Shown here: positions 17,164 through 26,769 of the stretch, one piece after another
Layout: every line of letters starts with the position of its first letter
Position numbering within the stretch: position 1 is the first letter of the stretch
The notes under the pieces: model-generated
What the model was told of the DNA's origin: nothing
Databases searched by the model: none
What the model saw: only the letters and a program-made list of their open reading frames with translations
Assembly (NCBI GenBank): GCA_041565075.1
Contig: JBFGOQ010000005.1
Location: forward strand, 3,135 to 67,134
DNA: 64,000 nt
Reading direction: 5' to 3'
Source of the DNA: Gammaproteobacteria bacterium
GTDB taxonomy: Bacteria > Pseudomonadota > Gammaproteobacteria > Steroidobacterales > JABDLF01
Translations under genes and position numbers: made by a program

Positions 17164-17298
17164 TCAACTGACAAGTCTGGCCCCGGCAATCACTCACGTC
17201 CTCGGTATCAGGCAAGTAAAAACATCGTCATGCCCGCGCAGGCGCGAATCTGCTTAAGCTATGCAGCGTCACCGCCAACTTGTCACAACCCTGCCGAG

Positions 17299-18351
17299 TC
17301 AGCCATCTTCCAGTTGCGCCAGAGCTTGCGCACGCGCCTCGGTTGTCAGTTCCGCAAGTCCGCGGGCGGCGGCATAAAATCGCTGCAGGTCGCCGTCTGA
17401 TTGCTCCAGTAAGGCGCGCAGCGCCGGAACCCAGCGATGATAAACACCTACCGCAGCCAGGTGCGCGTTATTGAGCTCCTGCGCGAACCAGGCATCGTAG
17501 CCCCTGCCGATCTGCCCGGCGTCCCTGGCAGATTCATAGCGATTGACGAGTGAGGCAAATATTTCTTGTTTGTTTTTTCGCATCTGTGCCTGCGACTGAC
17601 CCGATTCATATAAGTCGCTGAGTTGGCCGCGTGCGACTTCGATGAGTTGAATAAAACACGCCTCGGAGGCACGCCGAGCCGTGTAAGCATGCAGCTCTTC
17701 GGGCTCTGCCAGCGATTCCGCCCAGCGTTGCATCCCCGCTTCTTCGACCACACTGGCAAAAGACTCGTTAAAGGGCGTGTCACCCTTTACATAAAAAAGC
17801 TGATGCGCAAGTTCATGAAAAACAATTGCCACCAGCTGGGTATCGTCCCAGCGCATCATGGTGTTCAACACCGGATCATCGAAATAGCCCAGAGTCGAAT
17901 ACGCAGCCACGCCTCGCACAGCCACGTCCAGGCCACGGCTCTCGAGTTGGTGCGCGAAGCGCAGCGCTTTTTCTTCGGAAAAATAGCCGCGATAGCTGAC
18001 GCAGCCGGAGACAGGGAAGCACCAGGTCTTTGGCTGCAGCGAAAATTCTGCCGTCGCTGCAACGCTCCATACTGCGTAGGGGCGCTCCAGATCTGCGTAG
18101 CTCCGATAGCCCTTCTTGTCTGGCAGCCCGAGGCGCTCACTGGCGAAATCGCGCGCCTGACTGATGCGTCGTAAACGTTTGCGCAACTCGGCAGGTGTTG
18201 CCGGATCAGCGAGTACTTTATCGATCGGTACGCGCCTGGACATCAGGGCGGCCTGACCCTTCGCACCATGCAGGTAATAACCGAGGCTACAACCTGCGGT
18301 ACACGTCAGGCATACCAGCAGCAGGAGGATTCTTGACAGATTTTTGGGCAC
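17299..18351 (-). CDS. putative zinc aminopeptidase lipoprotein (DUF2265 / MA-clan like)
   Basis: Lipobox LTCTAGCS near the N-terminus and the HELAHQ (HExxH) motif. Confidence 0.65.
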   Translation of the reverse strand: MPKNLSRILLLLVCLTCTAGCSLGYYLHGAKGQAALMSRRVPIDKVLADPATPAELRKRLRRISQARDFASERLGLPDKKGYRSYADLERPYAVWSVAATAEFSLQPKTWCFPVSGCVSYRGYFSEEKALRFAHQLESRGLDVAVRGVAAYSTLGYFDDPVLNTMMRWDDTQLVAIVFHELAHQLFYVKGDTPFNESFASVVEEAGMQRWAESLAEPEELHAYTARRASEACFIQLIEVARGQLSDLYESGQSQAQMRKNKQEIFASLVNRYESARDAGQIGRGYDAWFAQELNNAHLAAVGVYHRWVPALRALLEQSDGDLQRFYAAARGLAELTTEARAQALAQLEDG

Positions 18352-18394
18352 GGCGAAACCTTAGCACGGGACGTGGTGCTGCTAAGATGCGCCC

Positions 18395-19615
18395 GTGGAA
18401 ACTTACTTGGTAGGTGGTGCAGTACGCGACGAGCTGCTCGGGGTCGAGGTCCGCGAGCGCGACTGGGTCGTGGTCGGCAGCACCCCGGAGCAAATGGTTG
18501 ATCTGGGGTATCGTCCGGTCGGTAAAGACTTCCCGGTATTTCTGCACCCCAGGACCAACGAGGAATACGCGCTGGCGCGTACCGAGCGCAAAAGCGGCCG
18601 CGGATACCGCGGGTTCACCGTACACACCGACCCCGAGGTCACGTTGGAGGAAGACCTGCAACGCCGCGACCTGACGATCAATGCCATCGCGCGCGATAGC
18701 AGCGGCCAGCTCGTTGATCCGTTTGGTGGCCGGATGGATATCGAGGCCAGACTACTCAGGCATGTCTCGCCCGCGTTTGTAGAAGACCCGGTGCGCATTC
18801 TGCGCGTCGCTCGCTTTGCCGCGAGGCTGAAACACCTGGGCTTCGAAATTGCACAAGACACCATGCTCTTAATGCGCACGATGGTCGACGCAGGGGAAGC
18901 GAGCGACCTGGTGCCCGAGCGCGTCTGGCAGGAGACCGAGGGCGCGCTGGCAACCAGCAACCCGGAAGTTTTCTTCGCGGTATTGCACGAATGCGGAGCG
19001 CTCAAGGTGGTTTTCCCTGAGCTGGAGCGCCTGTTCGGAGTGCCCCAGCCCGCGCGCTGGCACCCGGAAATCGACACCGGGGTTCATACCCTTATGGTGC
19101 TGGCCCAGGCGGCTCAATTAAGCGATGACACCGTCGTTCGCTTCGCCGCCCTTACCCATGATCTCGGTAAAGGCATAACGCCGCCCGAGCATTGGCCCAG
19201 CCATCGCGGCCACGAGGAGCTGAGTGTTGCGCTGATTCTGGCGCTATGCGAGCGCCTGCGCGTCCCGAACGAACACCGTGACCTCGCGGTGCAGGTAGCG
19301 CGCTTTCATGGTCATTGCCACAAGGCGCTGAAGCTGCGCCCACGCACAATTCTCAAGGTTCTGGAAAATGTCGACGCCTTTCGTCGTCCGCAACGCTTCG
19401 AGCAATTCCTGCTGGCCTGCGAGGCCGACGCCCGCGGACGCGAGGGACTCGAAACACGCGACTACCCGCAAGCCGATCGAATGCGCACCGCATTCGCGGC
19501 AGCTCAAAGCGTCGATCCACGGTCGCTGGGTATCGACGATCTGAACGGAGAACAGATCAGGGAGCGGATCCGCAAGGCGCGAATAGCCGCAATCCGCAGC
19601 GTTGCGGTGCCCTGA
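18395..19615 (+). CDS. cca: CCA-adding tRNA nucleotidyltransferase with HD domain
   Basis: GTG start. Motifs [20 protein letters not shown] and the HD-domain stretch LTHDLGKG. Confidence 0.9.
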   Translation: METYLVGGAVRDELLGVEVRERDWVVVGSTPEQMVDLGYRPVGKDFPVFLHPRTNEEYALARTERKSGRGYRGFTVHTDPEVTLEEDLQRRDLTINAIARDSSGQLVDPFGGRMDIEARLLRHVSPAFVEDPVRILRVARFAARLKHLGFEIAQDTMLLMRTMVDAGEASDLVPERVWQETEGALATSNPEVFFAVLHECGALKVVFPELERLFGVPQPARWHPEIDTGVHTLMVLAQAAQLSDDTVVRFAALTHDLGKGITPPEHWPSHRGHEELSVALILALCERLRVPNEHRDLAVQVARFHGHCHKALKLRPRTILKVLENVDAFRRPQRFEQFLLACEADARGREGLETRDYPQADRMRTAFAAAQSVDPRSLGIDDLNGEQIRERIRKARIAAIRSVAVP

Positions 19616-19742
19616 CCTGCTGCTGGGTGAATTTCGCCGGGCTGGCAGTACCGGTCGAGGCGCCAGCACGCCGCGCCGCGTGATACCCTCACTCCTCGCT
19701 ACACCAGCACAGCATGCGTGGTCGTCCGGGGGCTGATTTTCG

Positions 19743-20009
19743 ATGGACTCAGAAAAGATTCAAGTCCGTGCGACGGACAGCGACATGACTTTGCAAGTGG
19801 TGGTTTTCAGCAAGCGTGTGGACCGGATCGAAGTCATACTCGGCCAGGGCGTGCATAGCGTGAAGTGCGCTCTGACGCCGACACCCAATAAGCGCGCCTA
19901 TTCTGGAACAGCCATGGGTCGGGAGATAGTTTACGAGCGCTCGCCCGAGCAGGTTAAAGCCGATATCGACCGTCTGAATCCTGGCAGGCAGCCGCGCAGG
20001 CGTCGCTGA
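19743..20009 (+). CDS. hypothetical 88-aa protein
   Basis: Isolated ORF with an ATG start and a basic tail (PGRQPRRRR). No recognisable motif. Coding status not established. Confidence 0.3.
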   Translation: MDSEKIQVRATDSDMTLQVVVFSKRVDRIEVILGQGVHSVKCALTPTPNKRAYSGTAMGREIVYERSPEQVKADIDRLNPGRQPRRRR

Positions 20010-20161
20010 TCGTTGACGCTGCCATCGATCTGCTGGCGGGCCGGTGACCCTGCAGCTTGTCTTGTTGTTGGCTCAACACTTGATAAACGGCAAGGTATTG
20101 CAGTGCCGGGAGCTTGTCCGGACTCGCTCGGCAAAGCTTTGCACGGTCACGCAGGGACAAA

Positions 20162-20191
20162 ATTGACAGCGCTGTCAATCTTTGCTAGAAA
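20162..20191 (+). promoter_or_regulatory. sigma70-type promoter overlapped by an 18-bp perfect palindrome (LacI-family-like operator)
   Basis: ATTGACAGCGCTGTCAAT (20162..20179) is a perfect inverted repeat centred on CG. TTGACA (20163..20168), 17 nt, TAGAAA (20186..20191). It lies about 100 nt upstream of the first gene of the GH3 cluster. Confidence 0.5.
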
Positions 20192-20292
20192 AACCAGCCT
20201 ATTGGTCGCAATGTCGCCATAAGAACCCGCAGACCGACAATTCATCGGTCGCAAAGCAGACAGCGGCCGCATTCAGCCTGAAGGTCACAACT

Positions 20293-20931
20293 ATGATCAA
20301 ACGCAGCGAAACAACACACAAACTCATTGGCGGTCTGCTGACGTCAGCCATATTTGCCACCGCCCTGTTGCTCCCTGCACTAACTGCCGCAGATGAAGTC
20401 TTCCTGACTGATGGTGCCCCGTCCGAGGGAACTGTAATGCTGATCGGCGATAAAAAGCAGTGGGATACATTTGTCAGTGGCGGCCCAATCGCCTCTGCTT
20501 CTGGATATCTCAGCGTCGCGCCGAACGACGAAGAACGTGCCATGCGGGCAACGTGGAATGGCAAGGGCGAAGCACAGATATTTCTGGCACACCAGGAGGC
20601 GCGTGACTACACCAACCACCTCGAGGCCAATTCTGCACTGGTAGTGCTTCTGCAAGTCGTGAAGCCGCCCAAGAAAAAAGTAACCATCAGGATGGGCTGT
20701 GGCTACCCTTGCGCAGCAAATGCCGATATCAGCAAAGTACTGAAAGCGCTGCCGAAGGAGCAATGGGTCAGACTCTCATTTGATCTCAAATGTTTTGCGG
20801 ATGGCGGCCTGAATATCAAGAACGTAGACACGCCATTTCTGATCACCACGCGCGGCAAGATGACATTATCCATTGCCGATGTGCGGCTCGTGCCCGATCT
20901 CGGAGGACAAGCAACCATCCGTTGCTCATGA
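20293..20931 (+). CDS. secreted carbohydrate-binding-like protein (ExoP galactose-binding-like domain)
   Basis: ORF 20182..20931 starts at TTG. ATG at 20293 is preceded by GAAGG and a signal peptide (LLTSAIFATALLLPALTAA). Domain call is by resemblance to the C-terminal domain of some GH3 enzymes. Its stop overlaps the GH3 start (ATGA at 20928..20931). Confidence 0.5.
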   Translation: MIKRSETTHKLIGGLLTSAIFATALLLPALTAADEVFLTDGAPSEGTVMLIGDKKQWDTFVSGGPIASASGYLSVAPNDEERAMRATWNGKGEAQIFLAHQEARDYTNHLEANSALVVLLQVVKPPKKKVTIRMGCGYPCAANADISKVLKALPKEQWVRLSFDLKCFADGGLNIKNVDTPFLITTRGKMTLSIADVRLVPDLGGQATIRCS

Positions 20932-23225
20932 TCCCTGGTCACAGCAGACCGGGTTCCTGTCGAGCCATCTCCCTGGCCGCGCTGTGCGGCCTGATGCACT
21001 TTGCGCCGTCGCTTACTGCTCTTGCTGATGGCTCGGGCGAGCCGCCATCGATAGAGCAGAGAGTGCAAGCGCTGCTCGGGCAGATGACGCTGACTGAGAA
21101 AATAGGTCAGATGAATCTGGTGCATGCCGGCGACGCCGACAGCGCAGATGTTTTCGCCAAAGCTTTGCGGGCTGGCCGGATCGGAGCGGTGCTGAACCAG
21201 GTTGACGTGGACGTGGTCAACGAATTGCAGCGCATCGCAGTCGAGGAAAGCAGGCTTGGCATTCCTCTCCTGGTCGGACGGGATGTCATTCACGGTTTCA
21301 CGACCATCATGCCCATTCCCCTTGGCCAGGCAGCTACCTGGAATATCGAATTGGTCAGGGAAGGCGCCCGGGTTGCCGCACTGGAAGCCGCTGCCACGGG
21401 AGTTAACTGGACCTTTGCGCCCATGCTCGATGTTTCGCGGGATGCTCGCTGGGGACGGATTGCAGAAAGCCTGGGCGAGGACCCGTATCTCACAAGCGTA
21501 CTCGGCGTGGCAATGGTCGAGGGGTTCCAGGGCGATGATCTGACTTTAAAAGGGACGATCGCAGCATGCGCCAAGCACTTTGCCGCTTATGGCGCCAGCG
21601 AAAGTGGCCGCGACTACGACACTGTCAGCGTTTCAGAAAGCGAACTGCGTAATGTTTATCTGCCACCTTTCAAAGCCGCCGTCGAAGCGGGTGCAATGTC
21701 TGTGATGGCGTCGTTCAGTGAGGTCAACGGCGTACCCGCTACGGCCAACGAGTTTTTGCTCCGCGAAGTGCTGCGCGATGAATGGGATTTTGCCGGGCTC
21801 ATGGTCAGCGACTGGGGTTCCATTTATCAATTATCAATTCACGGACTGACAGAAAATGACAAAGAAGCAGCCCTGGCAGCAGCGACCGCCGGCATCGATA
21901 TGGAAATGTCTGGCGTAATTTTTGCGAATCACCTCGCGGCCCTCGTTGATGAGCAGCGCATTGCTATGGCAAGAATCGATGCAATGGTTGCCAATATCCT
22001 GCGCACTAAATTCAAACTCGGGTTATTTGAAAACCCGTATACAAACCCGGAAGATTTTCCACCAATCGCGAACGAGCATGCACTTGCAACTACAAGAACC
22101 GCGGCGCTGCAAAGCGTCGTTATGCTAAAGAACGAAAACGCCGTTTTACCATTGTCAGTCGACAAACTAGGCGCAATTGCCGTAATCGGGCCCCTCGCGG
22201 ATGCGCCCTACGAACAACTCGGCACGTGGGTCTTTGACGGTGATCCGGCCCTCAGCATTACCGGCCTCAGGGGAATCAGGGATCTTGTGGGCAGTAAACT
22301 TGCAGTGCACTACGTGCGGGCCATGGAGACTTCACGCAGCAGGGCAACAGCGCCATTTGCTGAAGCGGTGGCGGCCGCGAGAAAGGCCGATGCTGTAATC
22401 TTGTTCCTGGGTGAGGAATCTATTCTCTCAGGCGAGGCGCATTCACGCGCTGACATAAGCCTGCCGGGCGCGCAGGCTGATCTCGTTCGGCGCGTACGGC
22501 AAACCGGAAAACCGGTGATAGCCGTTATTCTGGCGGGCAGGCCGCTGACCCTGACTGATATCATCGATGATGTGGATGCCATTCTATACGCATGGCATCC
22601 GGGAACCATGGGTGGACCCGCGATCGCCGATCTCTTATTTGGCATCGAATCGCCGTCCGGCAAATTGCCGGTTACCTTCCCCAATATGGTTGGCCAGATT
22701 CCGATTTACTACAATCGCAAAAACACCGGCAAGCCGCCATCGCCCGATACTGTCGTGCATATCGATGACATTGATGTGCGCGCACCACAAACCTCTTTTG
22801 GCATGACTGCTTTTCATCTGGATGCCGGTTACCAACCACTGTTCGCGTTTGGTCATGGCCTTTCCTATTCGCAGTTCGAATACCAGCAATTGCAAATCAG
22901 TTCTTCAGAGATTCGTTTAGGGGAATCGTTTTTCATTAGTGCTGAGGTTGCCAATAAAGGTGGGTTGGTTGCCGAAGAAGTTGTGCAATTGTATGTGCGT
23001 GACCTCGTCGGCAGCGTGACCAGGCCGGTGAGAGAACTGAAAGGCTTTAAGCGAATTCGCCTGGAGCCTGGCCAGAGCAGGACCGTCAGGTTTGACCTGC
23101 ATACCAGCGACCTGGCGTTCTATGGCCGCGACATGAGATTTAAAACCGAACCCGGTTTGTTCTACGCCTGGGTAGGTGGCAGTTCCGAAGCTGAATTGCG
23201 CTCGCAATTTCGCGTGGTCGAATAG
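20928..23225 (+). CDS. bglX: glycoside hydrolase family 3 beta-glucosidase (BglX-like), periplasmic
   Basis: ORF 20790..23225. ATG at 20928 is followed by a signal peptide. GH3 motifs KHFAAYG and GLMVSDWGS (nucleophile Asp context), plus a C-terminal fibronectin-like domain. Confidence 0.9.
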   Translation: MIPGHSRPGSCRAISLAALCGLMHFAPSLTALADGSGEPPSIEQRVQALLGQMTLTEKIGQMNLVHAGDADSADVFAKALRAGRIGAVLNQVDVDVVNELQRIAVEESRLGIPLLVGRDVIHGFTTIMPIPLGQAATWNIELVREGARVAALEAAATGVNWTFAPMLDVSRDARWGRIAESLGEDPYLTSVLGVAMVEGFQGDDLTLKGTIAACAKHFAAYGASESGRDYDTVSVSESELRNVYLPPFKAAVEAGAMSVMASFSEVNGVPATANEFLLREVLRDEWDFAGLMVSDWGSIYQLSIHGLTENDKEAALAAATAGIDMEMSGVIFANHLAALVDEQRIAMARIDAMVANILRTKFKLGLFENPYTNPEDFPPIANEHALATTRTAALQSVVMLKNENAVLPLSVDKLGAIAVIGPLADAPYEQLGTWVFDGDPALSITGLRGIRDLVGSKLAVHYVRAMETSRSRATAPFAEAVAAARKADAVILFLGEESILSGEAHSRADISLPGAQADLVRRVRQTGKPVIAVILAGRPLTLTDIIDDVDAILYAWHPGTMGGPAIADLLFGIESPSGKLPVTFPNMVGQIPIYYNRKNTGKPPSPDTVVHIDDIDVRAPQTSFGMTAFHLDAGYQPLFAFGHGLSYSQFEYQQLQISSSEIRLGESFFISAEVANKGGLVAEEVVQLYVRDLVGSVTRPVRELKGFKRIRLEPGQSRTVRFDLHTSDLAFYGRDMRFKTEPGLFYAWVGGSSEAELRSQFRVVE

Positions 23226-23247
23226 TTATTACCGAGGGAGCCCGGAC

Positions 23248-24840
23248 ATGAATGCGAATTTGCGCTTTACCGTAAAAGTCGCGCTGATCGTCGCTCTGGG
23301 CGGCTTTCTTATGGGTTTTGACGCATCTGTCATTTCCGGCGTGGTGGGCTTTATTGAAACCGACTTCAGCCTGAGCAAAATTGAACTTGGCTGGTCGGTG
23401 GCATCACTGACTCTGACAGCAACGCTGGCGATGATGGTCGCGGGTCCATTGAGTGATCGCCTGGGGCGCAGGCCTGTTCTCAAGATCGCCGCAGTCTTGT
23501 TTGCCGTTTCCGCTATTGCCTCTGCATTGGCGCCGGATTTCCTGGTGCTGGTAATCGCACGGATGATCGGCGGTTTTGGCGTGGGTGCAGCGCTGATTAT
23601 CGCGCCCATGTATATCGCTGAAATAGCGCCCCCGGCTCTGCGCGGCCGGATGGTTTCATTTAATCAACTTAATATTGTCATAGGCATCTCTGCCGCATTC
23701 TTCAGCAATTTTCTCATCCTGAAACTGGGGCAGGCAGATCTGGCCTGGGCGGAAGCTTTGCGATTTCAGGACTGGGCCTGGCGCTGGATGCTCGGTATCG
23801 AGACGCTGCCGGCCATCATTTATTTTGTCGCTCTGCTGTTAGTTCCGGAAAGTCCTCGCTGGCTTGCCATGCACGGCCGGGAAGGCGCGGCGCTCGAAGT
23901 GCTTGAGAAGGTCAGCGGTCGTCATCAGGCTGCTGCCGATCTCCGGGCCGTGCACGAGAGTCTGGCTGCCGAACAGCAGCAGCAACAAGCCAAGTTCCGG
24001 CAGTTGTTCCGGCCGGCAATGAAGCTTGTCATGACAATTGGCATTGCCATCGCCATCTTGCAGCAACTTACTGGTATCAATGCCGTTTTTTTCTACGCGC
24101 CGATGATATTTGAACAATCAGGTGTCGGTACCGACGCATCATTTATGCAAGCGGTGCTGGTTGGACTCGTCAACCTGGCCTTTACTGTGGTGGCCATGCT
24201 GCTGATCGACAGAATTGGTCGGCGGCCCTTGTTGGGGCTCGGCCTCGCCGGCATTGCGGTGTGCATGTTGACGCTGGCTTACGGATTCGGGTCTGCGACT
24301 TATACTCTGACTGCCTCGTCAATAGACGCACTGCCCCCGGGCATCGACCGGGCTCAAGTCGCGCCCCTGGCCGACATGACATATGACAGCGACACGGCAT
24401 TTCGCAAGGCAGTTTCCGATGCGATCGGTATCGAAGGCTACAAGCAGCACGAATCACAGCTGGTCAGTGCGGCTATAAAATTGAATGCGACTCTGATTTT
24501 GTTCGGCATTCTGGGCTTTGTCGCAAGTTTCGCGGTTTCGATTGGGCCCGTCATGTGGGTGCTCTTTTCCGAGCTGTTTCCCAATACCGTGCGCGGGCTT
24601 GCAATATCCTTTGTAGGCTTTATCAATTCAGCCGTGAGCTTTGGTGTTCAGCTGATATTCCCCTGGGAGCTCGAGAACTTCGGCAATGCCACCACATTTC
24701 TGATTTTCGGCCTGGTGGCGCTGGTGGGTCTTGGCTTCATTATGAAAGTCCTTCCTGAGACCAAGAACCGGTCGTTGGAAGAGTTGGAGGAAATACTAGT
24801 GAAGCGCGGTAACTCTGTACGAGGAGCTGCAGCCGGCTAG
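23248..24840 (+). CDS. MFS sugar porter family transporter (sugar:H+ symporter)
   Basis: ATG at 23248 preceded by GAGGGAG. Sugar-porter signatures GRRPVLKIAAV, PESPRWL and PETKNRSLEELE. Confidence 0.85.
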   Translation: MNANLRFTVKVALIVALGGFLMGFDASVISGVVGFIETDFSLSKIELGWSVASLTLTATLAMMVAGPLSDRLGRRPVLKIAAVLFAVSAIASALAPDFLVLVIARMIGGFGVGAALIIAPMYIAEIAPPALRGRMVSFNQLNIVIGISAAFFSNFLILKLGQADLAWAEALRFQDWAWRWMLGIETLPAIIYFVALLLVPESPRWLAMHGREGAALEVLEKVSGRHQAAADLRAVHESLAAEQQQQQAKFRQLFRPAMKLVMTIGIAIAILQQLTGINAVFFYAPMIFEQSGVGTDASFMQAVLVGLVNLAFTVVAMLLIDRIGRRPLLGLGLAGIAVCMLTLAYGFGSATYTLTASSIDALPPGIDRAQVAPLADMTYDSDTAFRKAVSDAIGIEGYKQHESQLVSAAIKLNATLILFGILGFVASFAVSIGPVMWVLFSELFPNTVRGLAISFVGFINSAVSFGVQLIFPWELENFGNATTFLIFGLVALVGLGFIMKVLPETKNRSLEELEEILVKRGNSVRGAAAG

Positions 24841-25117
24841 CGCGCCAACACAGGCGCATGGTCAATGGGCAGCGCCCATCGCCCGCCCTGCCGGCGTAAT
24901 AATTTGCCGGGCAGAAACCCGCACCTGTATTCCCTGTAAAGCGCCACCAGGCTGGCGCCGCTTGCGCACCCGGCCCGCCATTGCGCCTCATCTGTTCAAG
25001 CAAGCAGAAATTCAGCTATAAATAACTGATTATTCATAAATATTCCTGCTTATTCTTCTTCCTATGCCTACATGAATACTTAAGACTATGCTGGTGTACT
25101 GGCTTCAGGAGTCCGCA

Positions 25118-25828
25118 ATGAAATTCGGTGAAAAAATCAGGCAGCTCAGAAACGACAAGCAATTAACACAGCCCGAACTGGCCCAGGCGCTTGGCATCGA
25201 ACAATCGTATCTGTCCAAGCTGGAAAACGATAAGTCACTGCCATCCAATGACGTGCTCAATCGCATGCTGGATTTTTTCGCGGTCGATGTAGCCGGCCTG
25301 ATGCGGGACATGGACCCGGCCACCAGCAACCAGATGCGCCAGATACCGGATGTTGCCGAGCACTTCAGGCACCAGAAGCAGCTGCTGATTGGCAACCAAA
25401 AGCGCTGGCTGCTGCTCTCCGCATTAATGCTCTCGCTAGGATTAGCCCTGGTTTATGCCGGGCGCGTACACCTGTTTTTTCCCGACACCGTTTATCAGTA
25501 CAAGTCTCACGGTATTGTCCTCAAGGGTGAACCCAAGGAAATTTTTCGCAGACCAACCCTGGTTGTCCCTGACTCCGCCGGGCATGAGGCCCGCCTGCAA
25601 ATCACCGATGCCATCAAGGCCAGAACCGACGAGGAGTTTGTGCTGCTGAACGAGTTCCGCGGTGAGATTTTCAGCCTGCCGGTGAACGGCGGATCACGAA
25701 CCTACTATCTGAGCGGTGAGATGCAGATCGACCCGCGGCCAAGCAAGTTTGTGGTTTTTCTGGGCGTGCTGCTTAGTGTGCTCGGCTTGTTTGCACTGAT
25801 TCTGGAACGCAAACTTTCGCGGCCCTGA
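25118..25828 (+). CDS. membrane-anchored XRE-family HTH transcriptional regulator
   Basis: ATG at 25118. N-terminal HTH IRQLRNDKQLTQPELAQALGIEQSYLSKLEND. Two hydrophobic helices (WLLLSALMLSLGLALVYAG and FVVFLGVLLSVLGLFALIL) bracket a roughly 110-aa domain that is probably extracytoplasmic. Confidence 0.7.
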   Translation: MKFGEKIRQLRNDKQLTQPELAQALGIEQSYLSKLENDKSLPSNDVLNRMLDFFAVDVAGLMRDMDPATSNQMRQIPDVAEHFRHQKQLLIGNQKRWLLLSALMLSLGLALVYAGRVHLFFPDTVYQYKSHGIVLKGEPKEIFRRPTLVVPDSAGHEARLQITDAIKARTDEEFVLLNEFRGEIFSLPVNGGSRTYYLSGEMQIDPRPSKFVVFLGVLLSVLGLFALILERKLSRP

Positions 25829-25890
25829 GGCGCAATAAAGCTCGAGTCTCGAGCTGCCTTTGAAAATGCCGCCGCATGGCGGTCGTGCTT

Positions 25891-26769
25891 TCAGCGTCCG
25901 AACCAGGTAATTGCCAGGCCCGCGAACACGGAATTGGCCAGCCCTTCGGAATCATTGACGCCAGCACTCAACTGCAGGTCCAGGCGTTCGCTCATTGGCG
26001 TTATGAAGTAAAGAGCAAAGGTGCGGATGTCTGCATCATCAACTGCGGACTTCGCGCGGCTGAATTCGAACTCCAGCGAGCGAATACCAATTTCAAAACC
26101 CAGGCTGGCCTCGGTGCGGTAATCCAGAAAGCTGTTGGCCAGGGTCAGCGCCGACAGGCTCAATACGCGAAAAGCAGTGCGCGATCTCAAAATTTGCGGA
26201 TCCCGGGAATAATCGAACCAGGCGCCGCGCAGGCCGCCAAACCAGCGATCCCCGCTCATGCGCAAGGTGCCCCCCAGTCCCGTGCCGCTCATGTCGAACT
26301 CGCGCAGATCGAGTAAATTGCCGAAATCATCCGGAATGCGAGCCGTCAGGGTGTAATCGCGATAAAAACCCTGCACGCTCACGCGGGCGTTTTCCGTGGC
26401 ATGGTAGACACCCGCGATCAGGCTGTTGCGAGTCAGCTCGCCGGGGTCGCCCCAGTAATCTGCGTTGAGCTGCATGCCTGCAGGGCCAAAATTGTAGTCC
26501 AGGCCCAGGCCGATAAATCGAGATTCGATGGTAGGCTCGCCGGGCGGCGTTGCCTGGCGCGTAAAACCTGCATCAGCATTGAGCCACGCCGCATCGGATA
26601 GCGCATAACTGAAACCCGCCTGCACGGCCCGCGCATCTTCGTCGTCGGCCTGCACGCCGGCGGTGAATGCCCACACGCCGCCCGCAGCCGCTTCTTCTTC
26701 CGCCGCCATTAAAGGCACGGCAGTTGCCGCAAGCAGGCTGACCGCAGTGACAAGACTACGCATATACAT
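25891..26769 (-). CDS. putative outer-membrane beta-barrel protein
   Basis: Signal peptide MRSLVTAVSLLAATAVPLMAA and an alternating aromatic/hydrophilic strand pattern. Its start overlaps the 3' end of uppP. Confidence 0.5.
   Translation of the reverse strand: MYMRSLVTAVSLLAATAVPLMAAEEEAAAGGVWAFTAGVQADDEDARAVQAGFSYALSDAAWLNADAGFTRQATPPGEPTIESRFIGLGLDYNFGPAGMQLNADYWGDPGELTRNSLIAGVYHATENARVSVQGFYRDYTLTARIPDDFGNLLDLREFDMSGTGLGGTLRMSGDRWFGGLRGAWFDYSRDPQILRSRTAFRVLSLSALTLANSFLDYRTEASLGFEIGIRSLEFEFSRAKSAVDDADIRTFALYFITPMSERLDLQLSAGVNDSEGLANSVFAGLAITWFGR

Noticed and set aside
24861-24915. Two hairpins after the sugar-porter gene (ATGGGC-AGC-GCCCAT and CTGCCGGC...GCCGGGCAG) as terminators.
   Set aside because: Neither is followed by a T tract, and one has a bulged stem. 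They may still act as Rho-dependent or mRNA-stability elements, but I cannot support a terminator call.
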